Source: Thermotogota bacterium (GTDB lineage: Bacteria; Thermotogota; Thermotogae; Petrotogales; Petrotogaceae). Taken from it: 64,000 bases of DNA. The stretch spans positions 436,682 to 500,681 of the forward strand of contig JACKPH010000001.1 in NCBI GenBank assembly GCA_024233675.1. The letters run 5' to 3'. The position numbers and the translations under genes are program-made. Below, in pieces: positions 17,719 to 28,180 of this stretch (position 1 is the stretch's first letter; the number at the start of each line of letters is the position of its first letter). Below the pieces are notes generated by a model. The model was not told the origin of the DNA. It searched no databases and saw nothing but the letters and a program-made list of their open reading frames with translations.

Positions 17719-18987
17719 TTAGTTTACCTCCGTACCTCTTGTTTCCGGTAAAAATATATAGTTAAGTATTCCCACAATTATAAACATTGCTGAAATTCCT
17801 ATAAGTCCTGTAAATATACTTCCTTTTTCAAGAAAATATGATGTGTAAAAAGGAGCTGTAAATCCCGCTATTCTTGTTACCGCACTTGATGAACCGTTTG
17901 CTGTTCCTCTGAATTTTGTAGGATAAAGTTCAGGTGTATACGCATAAGTTATTCCCCATGCTCCCATACAGAATATCGAAACAACAAGACTTAAAATAAG
18001 AACAGCTGTATTGTTTGATGCATAAGCAAAAAGCAGTGATGATATTCCTGTACCTGTCATAAATATTAAAACACTTATTCTTCTTCCGGCTTTTTCAACG
18101 AAATGAGCAGCAAGATAATAACCGGGAAGCTGTGCAAGATACATATAAAAAGTATACCAGTCTGTTTTTACAAAATCAATACCTTTGCTGTAAAGTATGC
18201 TTTTTATCCACATAAAAATTCCGTAATATCCGAAAGACATAACAAACCAGAGAAGCCATAGCATTATGGTTTTTACAATGTATTCCTTTTTTAATATATT
18301 TAATAATGTAAACTTTTTTGTCTGTGGAATTTCAACTTTTTCGGGATAAAATCCGAAATATTTTTTAAACTTTTCATTTTTTCCTTTTACAATTAAATAT
18401 TTAGGTGATTCAGGAAGAAATGCAATTATAAACATTATTACAATACCTATTGCCATAAAATAAAAATCATATCTCCATCCGTATTTTCTTCCGGCAATAA
18501 GATGAACGAGAGCAATATAAATACTTCCGAAAGCCCAGCTTGATTCAAGAAGAACAAGATATTTTCCTCTTATCGAACTGCTTAAAAATTCTGTAAGATA
18601 TGTATTAAGAGCCGGAAGAAGCCCGCCGAATCCAAAACCTGAAATTATTCTGAATGTAATAAAAGTAAATTCCGAGCCGGATATTCCTGTGAGTATTGTA
18701 AACAGTGTCGCTATAAACATAAAAAATAAAGATGTTTTTTTCCTTCCTATATAGTCTGATATTATTCCTGCAAAAAGAGCACCTATAAACATTCCTAAAA
18801 ATCCCGAAGAGCTAAGTGCTGCTGAAAATCCGCTGCTTACATTCCATTCTTTCATAACTATAGGCTGCACGAAAGGAAGAATCATAACTCCTGCCGCAAC
18901 ATAACCCCATCCCAGAGACATTACAGCAAGTAATAATTTCTGAGTCTTTTTTTCGACTGCTTTTTCAACCGCTTTCTCAAGTGTCAT
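17719..18987 (-). CDS. MFS transporter, putative niacin/nicotinamide-type permease (NiaP-like, by context)
   Basis: 12-TM MFS with a DxxGRKK loop motif. Its stop abuts the niaR start, which indicates an operon. NiaR regulons commonly include the MFS transporter NiaP. Confidence 0.6.
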   Translation of the reverse strand: MTLEKAVEKAVEKKTQKLLLAVMSLGWGYVAAGVMILPFVQPIVMKEWNVSSGFSAALSSSGFLGMFIGALFAGIISDYIGRKKTSLFFMFIATLFTILTGISGSEFTFITFRIISGFGFGGLLPALNTYLTEFLSSSIRGKYLVLLESSWAFGSIYIALVHLIAGRKYGWRYDFYFMAIGIVIMFIIAFLPESPKYLIVKGKNEKFKKYFGFYPEKVEIPQTKKFTLLNILKKEYIVKTIMLWLLWFVMSFGYYGIFMWIKSILYSKGIDFVKTDWYTFYMYLAQLPGYYLAAHFVEKAGRRISVLIFMTGTGISSLLFAYASNNTAVLILSLVVSIFCMGAWGITYAYTPELYPTKFRGTANGSSSAVTRIAGFTAPFYTSYFLEKGSIFTGLIGISAMFIIVGILNYIFLPETRGTEVN

Positions 18988-19005
18988 AGTTAATACCTCC
19001 TTATT

Positions 19006-19022
19006 GTATATACAGTATATAC
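19006..19022. promoter_or_regulatory. Candidate operator: palindrome GTATATAC-A-GTATATAC
   Basis: A perfect 8-1-8 palindrome lying 6 nt upstream of the GGAGG SD of the MFS-niaR operon. Confidence 0.35.
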
Positions 19023-19080
19023 TATGACTGTTTTTTTTTTATAAATTATTTAAAAATATATATTACGCTAATATTAAAAT

Positions 19081-19104
19081 AATAAGATGCCTTACGGCAT
19101 CTTA
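19081..19104 (-). terminator. Hairpin directly after the MCP stop
   Basis: Stem aataagatgcc pairs with ggcatcttatt around loop ttac. The T tract on the minus strand is weak. Confidence 0.4.
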
Positions 19105-21123
19105 TTATTTTTTTGTTTTAAAAAACTGTATTTTTTCGTTTAATCCTTCGGAAAGGGCGGAAAGTTCCTCTGAATTTCCGGATATATTCTGAGACATTTC
19201 CGAATAATTGTTCATAGTTTTATTTATTTCTATTACTTTAACAGTTACATCATCAGTTCTTGAGGCACTCGCTTCTATAGAAGAGGTTATTTCTTCTATA
19301 GCCGCACTCTGCTGCTGTGAAACACTTGCAAGTGATTCTATTTTATCATTTACATTCTGTATTTTACTTATTATTACATCAAATTCGCCGTTTATTTTTT
19401 CTGAATCTTTTGCTATTTTTTCTATCATTTTCATATTTTCAACTGAAGAATTATTGGCATTTTTTGATTCTGTTTTTATTTCGTTTAATATATTTGCTAT
19501 GTTTACTGTTGCATTTTTACTTTCCTCTGCGAGTTTTCTTATTTCATCTGCAACAACAGCAAATCCTTTTCCGGCTTCTCCCGCACGGGCTGCTTCTATT
19601 GCGGCGTTAAGTGCAAGAAGATTTGTCTGTTCTGTTATTGTATCAAGAGTTTCAAGTATTTTTCCTACATTTTCGGATTTGAAAAACAGTGAATTTACTA
19701 TATCAGAAACTTTTTTTGATGTTTCATAATTTACTTTTATAGAATCAACTATATTGTTCAGATTATTTTTTCCGTTAGTTGCCGAATCATTTACATCGTT
19801 TACAAAAGCCGCTATATTCTGTGACTGCTTTGCAACCTCTTCAGAGCTGACTGATATTTCATCTGATGATCTTTTTAATTCATCTATTGCTATAGCTGTA
19901 AGTTTAAGATTTTCGGTAACACTGTCAAAATTACCAGCGAGTTCCTCAGAAGATGCAGAACATTCCTCTGAAAGTGATGAAAGACTGTAAGAAGAATAAT
20001 TAACCTGTTTACATGTTTCTTTTATTTCTTCCATAATTTCATTTAATTTTTCAGTTGTATCTTTAAGACTGCCGTTCATAATTCCTATTTCATCATTTCT
20101 GGAAATATTAAACTCTGTATCAAGATTACCTTTTCCGAGCTTAGCTATAAGGTCTGATAGTTTTTTAATAGGCTTTACTGTTTTATCCAGAATAAAATAC
20201 ATTATAACAAGAACAACTGCAAGAAGTATTATAAAATAAACAATTATAATTTTTATAAGATTATTAACTCTGCTGAAAAGATCTTTATTTGAAGCTGTTA
20301 TTCCTACCCCGAAACTGCTGTAATCAGAATATGCATAAGCAACCATAGCTTTTGTTTTATCAGGCATAATTACTTCTCCTATGCCGTCTTTTCCCGATAA
20401 AAGATCTTTGGCTATATTGTTTAATCCTTCGTAACCATAGTCTTCATCAGCTGTTTTAACATTTACTGTGTTTACGGCTTCCGGATTTTTATGTGCAATG
20501 ACATTACCAGTAAAATCTGCAAGCCATCCGTATCCGTATCCGTTTATGTTAAGATCGGAAACAAAATCCTGTAAATATTTCAAAGGAACAGTAGCGCCCA
20601 GAAGACCTATTCCGTCATCAGTCTGTATTTTTACAGCAACTACAGTTATAAGTTCATCGGTAGATTTTGAAAAAACAGCCTCCGATATATAAAATTCCTT
20701 TCCTTCTTTAATTATTGCTTTATAATAACTTCTGTCAGTTATTGATGAAGTTATACCGGATGATGTATATGTTTTTCCGTTTTTATCGCTTATAAGAAGC
20801 ATTTCAAAATATTTTGATGATTCTTCATCTTCTTTAAGTGTTTTATATAAAAGTTCAGTGTCATCAAATGATTTATAAACAGGATTTTCCGAAACAGAAG
20901 TTAAAAGATCTGTTTTTCCCTCAAACCAGTAATCAATGACTTTTGTTTTTGAATCAACAATTTCCGATGCATCAGATTCTATTATTTCTCTGGTAGCAGC
21001 AGAAGAACTGTATAAACTAAGACTTGTGAGCACAGAAATAGAAAAAATAAAAAGCAGGCCTACCAAAACAATAAGTTTAAATTTTAACGATCTGAATTTA
21101 ATTATAAAAACCACCCCCTGCAT
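19105..21123 (-). CDS. Methyl-accepting chemotaxis protein (Cache-type sensor, HAMP, MA domain)
   Basis: The highly conserved signalling hairpin [34 protein letters not shown] is present. A periplasmic domain of about 260 aa lies between two TM segments, followed by a HAMP-like segment. Confidence 0.9.
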   Translation of the reverse strand: MQGVVFIIKFRSLKFKLIVLVGLLFIFSISVLTSLSLYSSSAATREIIESDASEIVDSKTKVIDYWFEGKTDLLTSVSENPVYKSFDDTELLYKTLKEDEESSKYFEMLLISDKNGKTYTSSGITSSITDRSYYKAIIKEGKEFYISEAVFSKSTDELITVVAVKIQTDDGIGLLGATVPLKYLQDFVSDLNINGYGYGWLADFTGNVIAHKNPEAVNTVNVKTADEDYGYEGLNNIAKDLLSGKDGIGEVIMPDKTKAMVAYAYSDYSSFGVGITASNKDLFSRVNNLIKIIIVYFIILLAVVLVIMYFILDKTVKPIKKLSDLIAKLGKGNLDTEFNISRNDEIGIMNGSLKDTTEKLNEIMEEIKETCKQVNYSSYSLSSLSEECSASSEELAGNFDSVTENLKLTAIAIDELKRSSDEISVSSEEVAKQSQNIAAFVNDVNDSATNGKNNLNNIVDSIKVNYETSKKVSDIVNSLFFKSENVGKILETLDTITEQTNLLALNAAIEAARAGEAGKGFAVVADEIRKLAEESKNATVNIANILNEIKTESKNANNSSVENMKMIEKIAKDSEKINGEFDVIISKIQNVNDKIESLASVSQQQSAAIEEITSSIEASASRTDDVTVKVIEINKTMNNYSEMSQNISGNSEELSALSEGLNEKIQFFKTKK

Positions 21124-21363
21124 TTAAAAATAATTTTCACAATGTAAATAAAATATAACAAATTAAAATTAATTTAAATGTTTTAATATATTTCTTTTAT
21201 GTAAAAAAATTGTACAAATAACTTATTTAATATATCAAATATAAATATATTTGTTAATTTTTTATATTATAAATTATTATATATTTATCAAATTACGTAA
21301 ATGAATTAATTTGTTTTTTTTATTAATTTATTATTATTTTACTGAAACGAAATAATTTTAACA

Positions 21364-21400
21364 GATAAAAAAACGCCTGAAATAAGCATTTCAGGCGTTT
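21364..21400 (-). terminator. Rho-independent terminator after the PC4-like gene
   Basis: A 13-bp stem aaacgcctgaaat pairs with atttcaggcgttt and is followed on the minus strand by a T7 run. Confidence 0.6.
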
Positions 21401-21403
21401 TGA

Positions 21404-21625
21404 CTAAATATCAAGTTTGTTTAATATATCTCTTAACGTTGCGGCTTCTTCAAAAGATAATGTTATTCCTTTTCCCATTTTTTCACCATCCGGTGACCAT
21501 TCCCTTATATCTATTTTTGCAGGTCTGTCATTCCATTTTATACTTTTAACCTCTTTTGTCCAGCCTTTCGCTGACTGAGAGAGCACACCGTAATTATCTA
21601 CAATTTCATACTTTATCTCTGACAC
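21404..21625 (-). CDS. PC4/YdbC-family ssDNA-binding protein
   Basis: The 73-aa product GWTKEVKSIKWNDRPAKIDIREWSPDGEKMGKGITLSFEE matches the YdbC pattern (WN...KYDIR.WSPDHEKMGKGITL). GTG start, 5 nt after GGAGGGG. Confidence 0.75.
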   Translation of the reverse strand: MSEIKYEIVDNYGVLSQSAKGWTKEVKSIKWNDRPAKIDIREWSPDGEKMGKGITLSFEEAATLRDILNKLDI

Positions 21626-21800
21626 ATTAACCCCTCCTTATTTTATACATAAGTATATAAATATTTTATCATTTTTGATTTATTTATGCAAACAGAATAA
21701 GTTATTTTTTTATTGTTTATAAGTTTTTTATTTTACATTTGTTTTTTTATACATAATTTTTTTTTACTAATATGATTAAATTATTTTAATTTAACCTAAA

Positions 21801-21831
21801 ATAAAAAAATACCCTTATTTCCGGGTATTTT
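21801..21831 (-). terminator. Rho-independent terminator in the long MCP/PC4 intergenic region
   Basis: The minus strand reads AATACCC-GGAAATAA-GGGTATT followed by TTTTTTATTTT. Confidence 0.45.
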
Positions 21832-22013
21832 AAAATTAATAATATAAGCAATTGTGTAAGGGATAAAGTAATTTTATTTTTTTTTATTTCTTTTTTTAAA
21901 TAGTTTTTCTCCTTCCGAAAGAATTATTATCATTTCATCACTCCTTTGTTAATATTTTCGTTTTTATTATACCGGTAAATGATGAAATGAATTTTAATTA
22001 TTTTTGAGAATTA

Positions 22014-23990
22014 TTAGTTTTTAAAATATTTTATCTGTTCGTTCAGATTATCTGCCATTTCTGAAAGTTTTTCGGCATTTTCATTTATATTTATGATTCC
22101 CTGAGTCTGTTCGTTTAAAGCTTTTGTTGATTCAGAAAGCTGATGGGTTATATCGCTTATTACACTTACAACATCGTTCATTGATGAACTCATTTCCTGT
22201 GTTGAGGCACTTTGTTCTTCACTTGTTGCCGTAAGACTTTCAATTCCCGCATTCATATTTATTACCATTTTCTGTATTTTATCAAACTGCTCTGATATTT
22301 TTTCCATTTCATCATCTATTGTTTCGATTATTTCAACATTTTTAAGAGTTGCGTTGTTCACTTTTATTGATTTATCTTTTATTTCTCCGAGTATCATTGC
22401 AATCTGATCGGTAGCTTTTGAACTTTCCTCAGCAAGTTTTCTTATTTCGTCTGCTACTACAGCAAATCCTTTTCCGGCTTCGCCTGCACGGGCCGCTTCT
22501 ATTGCTGCATTCAAAGCAAGAAGATTTGTCTGTTCTGTTATGGAATTTATTGTATCTATTATTTTTCCGACATTTTCTGCCTTATCTCTTAATTCTTTAA
22601 CATTTGTTTCAGTATCTTTTGACTGTGTTCTTGCTTCCCCTATTGTTTTTGAAACTGATTTTATCGATTTTACACCGCCTTCTGCGGCTTCTGTTGTATT
22701 ACCCGCAGCCTGGCTTAATTCCTGAGCTGATTTTGATATAAGATTTGCACTTTCGGCTATTTCAGAAACACCGTTTGAAACTATATCAACATTAGAACTT
22801 ACATTTTCGGAACTTTCACTTATATTCTGAACCTGTGAAGAAAGCTCTTCACTCAGAGCACTTAATTCGGAAGATACTGAAGAAAGTTCTGACGCAGAAA
22901 CCTGTGTTTTTTCACTTGAATTTTTAATTTCACCTATTGTATCTTTTATTTTTTTTCTCATACTTTCAAGAGATCCTGCTATAATACCTATTTCATCTTT
23001 CGAATTATAATTAAAATCGGTTGTAAGATCTCCTTTTCCGAATTTTTCAACAAGTTCACTCATATTTTTGAGAGGTTTTGAAATAACTTTTTTAGTAAGA
23101 TATATGGCTATTAAAATTATTACAACGGTAAAAATACCTGTAATTATAAGATTTAAAAATAAACCGCTTAAAGGCTCTTTTTCGACTTCTTTTTTATCAA
23201 CAACGGTATAAAAAATCCACCCTGTAGATTTCATTTTCTGATAATATGCTATTTTATCTGTTTTGTCATATGCATATTCAATATGTCCGTTATCAGAATT
23301 AACTTTTGTGTAAAAATCCTGACCCGATACATCCATTCCTATTCTGGAAACATCGGGATGAATTATAGCATTTCCTTCACTGTTTATTACAAATGAATAC
23401 TGAGAACTATATAAAATATTCTCCGATAATATCTCTGAAAGTATTTCCATATCAAGATCCAATCCGAATACTCCTGTTACTTTTCCGGATACTTTTAAAG
23501 CTTTAACCGTAGATATCAGAAGACTGTTTGTGAGCATATCGACATAAGGCTCCGTAATTACAAATTTATCCGGATTACTTTTTCCGTCTTTATACCATGG
23601 TCTTATTCGTGGATCATAATCATCAGGAAGCTGTCCTTCAGGCTGTATAAGCATAGATCCGTTTTCCAGTCCGAGATATGCACTTATTATAAAAGGATAA
23701 CTTGTAACTATATTTTTCAATTCTTTCAGAACAATTATTCTTTCATCATTTGAATTATCATATGAATTTATTACATCTTCATTTATCAGTATAAAATCTG
23801 TAAGGTCTTCCATATTTTTAAAAAAACTTTCATAAGAATTCATTTTATTTATGTTGCTGTCCGTAAGAACCTGTTTCGCATTTTCGAGAGTATCATAATA
23901 ACCTTTTAAATTATCATAAAGTAAAAGCAGGCTTAAAGGCAATATTACTCCTATTATTAAAAAAAGTATAATTTTTTTACCTAATTTCAT
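22014..23990 (-). CDS. Methyl-accepting chemotaxis protein (double-Cache-like sensor, HAMP, MA domain)
   Basis: It carries the same signalling hairpin motif as the 19105 gene. A periplasmic domain of about 250 aa contains the DPRIRPWY motif typical of Cache domains. The SD is GAGGGGG. Confidence 0.9.
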   Translation of the reverse strand: MKLGKKIILFLIIGVILPLSLLLLYDNLKGYYDTLENAKQVLTDSNINKMNSYESFFKNMEDLTDFILINEDVINSYDNSNDERIIVLKELKNIVTSYPFIISAYLGLENGSMLIQPEGQLPDDYDPRIRPWYKDGKSNPDKFVITEPYVDMLTNSLLISTVKALKVSGKVTGVFGLDLDMEILSEILSENILYSSQYSFVINSEGNAIIHPDVSRIGMDVSGQDFYTKVNSDNGHIEYAYDKTDKIAYYQKMKSTGWIFYTVVDKKEVEKEPLSGLFLNLIITGIFTVVIILIAIYLTKKVISKPLKNMSELVEKFGKGDLTTDFNYNSKDEIGIIAGSLESMRKKIKDTIGEIKNSSEKTQVSASELSSVSSELSALSEELSSQVQNISESSENVSSNVDIVSNGVSEIAESANLISKSAQELSQAAGNTTEAAEGGVKSIKSVSKTIGEARTQSKDTETNVKELRDKAENVGKIIDTINSITEQTNLLALNAAIEAARAGEAGKGFAVVADEIRKLAEESSKATDQIAMILGEIKDKSIKVNNATLKNVEIIETIDDEMEKISEQFDKIQKMVINMNAGIESLTATSEEQSASTQEMSSSMNDVVSVISDITHQLSESTKALNEQTQGIININENAEKLSEMADNLNEQIKYFKN

Positions 23991-24069
23991 ACATATACCC
24001 CCTCTGCTGTTATCAAAATTTACAACATATTAAATTATATCACTTTTTATTAATATTTTAATATTAATA

Positions 24070-24097
24070 AAAAAGACAGCTAAAAAGCTGTCTTTTT
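24070..24097 (-). terminator. Rho-independent terminator after the ABC exporter operon
   Basis: Stem aaaagacagc pairs with gctgtctttt around a 6-nt loop, with T-rich sequence following on the minus strand. Confidence 0.55.
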
Positions 24098-24100
24098 GTT

Positions 24101-25954
24101 TTAAGCTATTTCTTCAGGTTCAAACTGACTGTTATAAAGTTCAGCATAAAATCCTTTTTTAGCAAGAAGTTCTTTATGTGTTCCCTGTTCTACAATATCA
24201 CCGTGATCCATAACAAGTATTAAATCTGCATCTCTTATAGTTGAAAGTCTGTGAGCTATAACAAAACTTGTTCTGTTTTTCATGAGAGTGTCCATTGCAT
24301 TCTGTATCTGAACTTCTGTTCTTGTATCTACAGAACTTGTTGCTTCGTCCAGAATAAGTATTTTAGGATCGGCAAGTATTGCTCTGGCTATTGTAATAAG
24401 CTGTTTCTGTCCCTGGGAAATATTTGAAACTTCTTCGTTTATAATCATGTTGTATCCGTCAGGAAGCATATGGACAAAACTGTCAACATGAGCTGCTATT
24501 GCTGCCCGGGCAACTTCTTCGTCTGTTGCTTCAAAATTACCGTATCTTATATTTTCCATTATTGTTGAGTTGTATAACCATGTATCCTGTAGTACCATTC
24601 CGAAATATGATCTTAATTCATTTCTTGATAATTCTTTTATATCTTTACCGTCTACAAGTATACTTCCGCTGTTTATTTCATAAAATCTCATAAGAAGTTT
24701 TACTATTGTTGTTTTTCCGGCTCCTGTAGGTCCTACTATAGCGACTTTCTGCCCCGGTCTTACATTTACTGAAAAATCATTTATTGTTGTTTTATCTTCA
24801 TAATAGCCGAATGAAACATTTTTGAATTCAACTCTGCCTTCAACTGAATGAATTTTTTCGTTTTTATTTTCATCAGATGATTCTTCTTCTTCCTCTAAAA
24901 ATTCAAAAACTCTTTCTGCTGCTGCTGCTGTCTGCTGAAAAATATTTGAAATATTTGCAAGCTGTGCTATAGGCTGGTTAAAAGATCTTACATATTGTAT
25001 AAATGCCTGTATGTCACCTACTTCAATTGTCTTTTTTGCTGCAAGCCAGCCACCGAGAACACTTATTACAACATAACCTATGTTTCCTACAAAAGCCATT
25101 ACAGGCTGCATCATCCCTGAAAGAAACTGTGATTTCCATGCTGATTTGTACAATTTATCGTTAACATTCTGAAATTTATCTATGCTTTTTTCTTCACCGT
25201 TAAAAGCTTTCATAACCATATGACCGCCGTACATTTCTTCTATATGACCGTTTATTTCACCGAGAGATTCCTGCTGCTGTTTAAAATATTTCTGCGAATG
25301 TTTTATTATAAACATTATAAGTCCCATAGATACAGGAAGTATACAGAGTGCAGCTATTGTCATCTGCCAGCTTATTGAAAACATCATAACAAGAACACCT
25401 ATTACTGTAGTTATTGATGTTATTATCTGCGTAAGGCTCTGATTAAGTGTCTGACTGACTGTATCAACATCATTTGTTACTCTTGAGAGTACATCACCTG
25501 TGCTGTTTTTGTCAAAATATCTGAGAGGTAGTCTGTTAATTTTTTCCGAAATTTTTCTTCTGAAATTATAACTTACTTTCATAGAAACTCCCGACATTAT
25601 CCATCCCTGTATGTAAGCAAAAAGCGAGCTTGCTGCGTAAAGTACAAGAAGTATTATCATTATCTGTCCTATATAAGTAAAATCAACTCCCTGTCCGGTT
25701 CCTGATATTTTACCCATTAAACCTTCAAATATTTTTGTTGTAACTTTTCCGAGTACTTTAGGACCTATTATATTAAATATAGCACTTGCAGCCGCAAATA
25801 TGAAAACTGTTATTATGCCTATTTTATATTCAGAAAGTGCTTTTATAAGTTTTTTCATTGTACCTTTAAAGTTTTTTGCTTTTTCTCCGCCCATCATCGG
25901 TCCGCCCATAGGGCCTCCGGAAGGACCTTTTCTTCTTGTATTTTTTTCGCTCAT
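24101..25954 (-). CDS. ABC exporter, fused permease/ATP-binding subunit (heterodimer partner B)
   Basis: Six TM segments are followed by Walker A GPTGAGKTT, signature SQGQKQ and Walker B ILILDEATS. A Gly/Pro-rich N-terminal tail is present. The start is moved to ATG 25954 (SD AAGGAGG), overlapping the upstream stop (ATGA). Confidence 0.9.
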   Translation of the reverse strand: MSEKNTRRKGPSGGPMGGPMMGGEKAKNFKGTMKKLIKALSEYKIGIITVFIFAAASAIFNIIGPKVLGKVTTKIFEGLMGKISGTGQGVDFTYIGQIMIILLVLYAASSLFAYIQGWIMSGVSMKVSYNFRRKISEKINRLPLRYFDKNSTGDVLSRVTNDVDTVSQTLNQSLTQIITSITTVIGVLVMMFSISWQMTIAALCILPVSMGLIMFIIKHSQKYFKQQQESLGEINGHIEEMYGGHMVMKAFNGEEKSIDKFQNVNDKLYKSAWKSQFLSGMMQPVMAFVGNIGYVVISVLGGWLAAKKTIEVGDIQAFIQYVRSFNQPIAQLANISNIFQQTAAAAERVFEFLEEEEESSDENKNEKIHSVEGRVEFKNVSFGYYEDKTTINDFSVNVRPGQKVAIVGPTGAGKTTIVKLLMRFYEINSGSILVDGKDIKELSRNELRSYFGMVLQDTWLYNSTIMENIRYGNFEATDEEVARAAIAAHVDSFVHMLPDGYNMIINEEVSNISQGQKQLITIARAILADPKILILDEATSSVDTRTEVQIQNAMDTLMKNRTSFVIAHRLSTIRDADLILVMDHGDIVEQGTHKELLAKKGFYAELYNSQFEPEEIA

Positions 25955-28161
25955 GCTAATTCCTCCTTTGAAAGCTGAGACATAGCTATTTCCTGATAAA
26001 CCGGACATGTTTTCATGAGCTCTTTATGTGTACCTTTTCCCACTATTTTACCTTCATCAAGAACTATTATCTGTTCGGCATTTATTATGGTTGAAATTCT
26101 CTGGGCAACTATTATAACCGTACTGTTTTTTGTTATTGATTTTAATTGTTTTCTGAGTTTTGAATCCGTTTTAAAATCAAGTGCCGAAAAACTGTCATCA
26201 AAAAGATATACGGAAGGTTTTTTTATTATGGCTCTTGAAATTGTAAGTCTTTGCTTCTGACCTCCTGATACATTAGAACCTCCCTGAGATATGGAAGAAT
26301 TAAATTTATCTTCTTTTTCATCTATAAATTCCATACTCTGTGATATTTCGGCCGCTTCTCTTACTTCACTTTCGGAAGCATTTTCTTTTCCGTATTTTAT
26401 ATTGGATTCTATTGTTCCGCTGAATAATACATTTTTCTGCGGTATATATCCTATTTTTTCCCTAAGATCTTTCTGTTTTATATTTCTTATATCTTTACCG
26501 TCTATAGTTACAGTACCTTCAGTTACATCATAAAATCTCGGTATAAGATTTAGAAGAGTTGTCTTTCCTGAACCGGTTGACCCTATTATTGCCGTGGTTT
26601 TTCCTGGTAAAGCCTCAAAATTAATATTTTTAAGCATATTTTCCTCTGCACCGTTATATCTGAAGCTTACATTTTTAAATTCCACAACAGGATTAAAATT
26701 ATCACCGAAATTTTCAGGATTTTCAGGATCAATTATTACAGGTTTGGTTTCAAGTACTTCAGCAACACGTGTTCCTGAAACAGATGCTCTCGGAAGCATG
26801 ATAAACATCATAGAAAGCATAAGGAATGAGAATATTATCTGCATTGCATACTGCATAAATGCCATCATATCTCCTACCTGCATTGCGGAATTCTGTATCT
26901 GATGAGCACCTACCCACACTATGAGTAAAGTTACGGCATTCATTATAAGCATCATCATAGGAATCATTATAACCATTAATCTGCTTACAAAAAGATTTAT
27001 TTTGGTTACATCCTTATTTGCCTCATCAAATCTTTTTTCTTCAAAATTCTGTGCATTAAAAGCCCTGATAACCATTAATCCGGAAAGATGTTCTCTTGTT
27101 ACCAGATTTAGTTTATCAACAAGTTTCTGAATCTTTTTAAATCTCGGAAGAGCAATTGAAAAAATTACCGATATTAATCCGAGAAGAACTATTACCGCAA
27201 GAGCTATTATCCATGACATTGATGTACTTTTATCAAGAGCCCTTATTATTCCTCCTACTCCCATTATCGGAGCGTAAAACACCATACGTATCATTATTAC
27301 GATAAGCATCTGAATCTGTGTTATATCATTTGTTGTTCTTGTTATAAGAGATGCTGTTGAAAATTTATCAAATTCTATATTAGAAAAATTTTCCACTCTT
27401 GTAAAAACTCTGCTTCTGAGATCTCTTGAAAATCCTGCAGCTGTTCTCGAAGCGAAAAGCCCTACCATTACAGTACTAAAAGCACTTATTAAAGAAATTA
27501 TAAGCATTATTATTCCGGTTTTCATTATATATCCTGTCTGTTTTTTTTCAATATTCACTCCTATGGAAGTGTATTCTTCCCTGAGAAAATTTATAGATGA
27601 CTGTTTTGTTATACTTTCTCCCATAAGATCCATTTGCTGCTGAATACTTTCTGTTATTTTTTCTTTCTGTGTATCGGGCATTATCTGCATCATTAGAAAT
27701 AAATCCACATTTTCCGGAATTTTTGTACCGTTCATTTCATAATATCCGTCTTTAGCCTGACTTTTTGCCTGTTCTATTCCGTATACAGCAACAAAACCTT
27801 TTGAAAATATATTTATCAGTTCATTATTGTTAAGCATGGAATTATCTTTCAGAATATAAAGATTTTCATCTTTTAATGCCGGATAATCATATTCCGTACT
27901 TCCTTTTGTTATTTTTGTATAATTTTTACTTATTAAGTCATTTTCACTTTTTGTCATAATTGATTTTATTTTCTTCATTGTACTTTCTCTTATTACTTCA
28001 GGTACGGAAGAATCTATGCCTCCCTGCTGTATACCGACATTTACTATATCTGACATATAATCGGGAAGTGACAGATCACTCATTGCCTGTACAAAAAGAA
28101 GCCCTATTGAAAGCAGTATAAAAATTGTATACGGTTTTAAATATTTGAATAATTTCAGCAT
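25951..28161 (-). CDS. ABC exporter, fused permease/ATP-binding subunit (partner A) with a large extracytoplasmic insert
   Basis: Walker A GSTGSGKTT, a degenerate-looking signature SGGQKQ and Walker B YLFDDSFS are present. About 160 extra residues lie between TM1 and TM2. Confidence 0.9.
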   Translation of the reverse strand: MLKLFKYLKPYTIFILLSIGLLFVQAMSDLSLPDYMSDIVNVGIQQGGIDSSVPEVIRESTMKKIKSIMTKSENDLISKNYTKITKGSTEYDYPALKDENLYILKDNSMLNNNELINIFSKGFVAVYGIEQAKSQAKDGYYEMNGTKIPENVDLFLMMQIMPDTQKEKITESIQQQMDLMGESITKQSSINFLREEYTSIGVNIEKKQTGYIMKTGIIMLIISLISAFSTVMVGLFASRTAAGFSRDLRSRVFTRVENFSNIEFDKFSTASLITRTTNDITQIQMLIVIMIRMVFYAPIMGVGGIIRALDKSTSMSWIIALAVIVLLGLISVIFSIALPRFKKIQKLVDKLNLVTREHLSGLMVIRAFNAQNFEEKRFDEANKDVTKINLFVSRLMVIMIPMMMLIMNAVTLLIVWVGAHQIQNSAMQVGDMMAFMQYAMQIIFSFLMLSMMFIMLPRASVSGTRVAEVLETKPVIIDPENPENFGDNFNPVVEFKNVSFRYNGAEENMLKNINFEALPGKTTAIIGSTGSGKTTLLNLIPRFYDVTEGTVTIDGKDIRNIKQKDLREKIGYIPQKNVLFSGTIESNIKYGKENASESEVREAAEISQSMEFIDEKEDKFNSSISQGGSNVSGGQKQRLTISRAIIKKPSVYLFDDSFSALDFKTDSKLRKQLKSITKNSTVIIVAQRISTIINAEQIIVLDEGKIVGKGTHKELMKTCPVYQEIAMSQLSKEELA

Positions 28162-28180
28162 TTATATCTCTCCTAACTTA

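Noticed and set aside
19208-19990. Several 78-173-aa plus-strand ORFs inside the first MCP gene, with similar ones inside the other MCP, ABC, GGDEF and kinase genes
   Set aside because: They are antisense shadows of long, well-supported genes. They have no SD, and their Ser/Phe-rich composition mirrors the Glu/Lys/Ser-rich sense frames.
19521-22540. Repeated DNA in MCP genes considered as a possible IS or MITE remnant
   Set aside because: The repeat coincides exactly with the conserved signalling-hairpin coding region. It has no terminal inverted repeats or target duplications.
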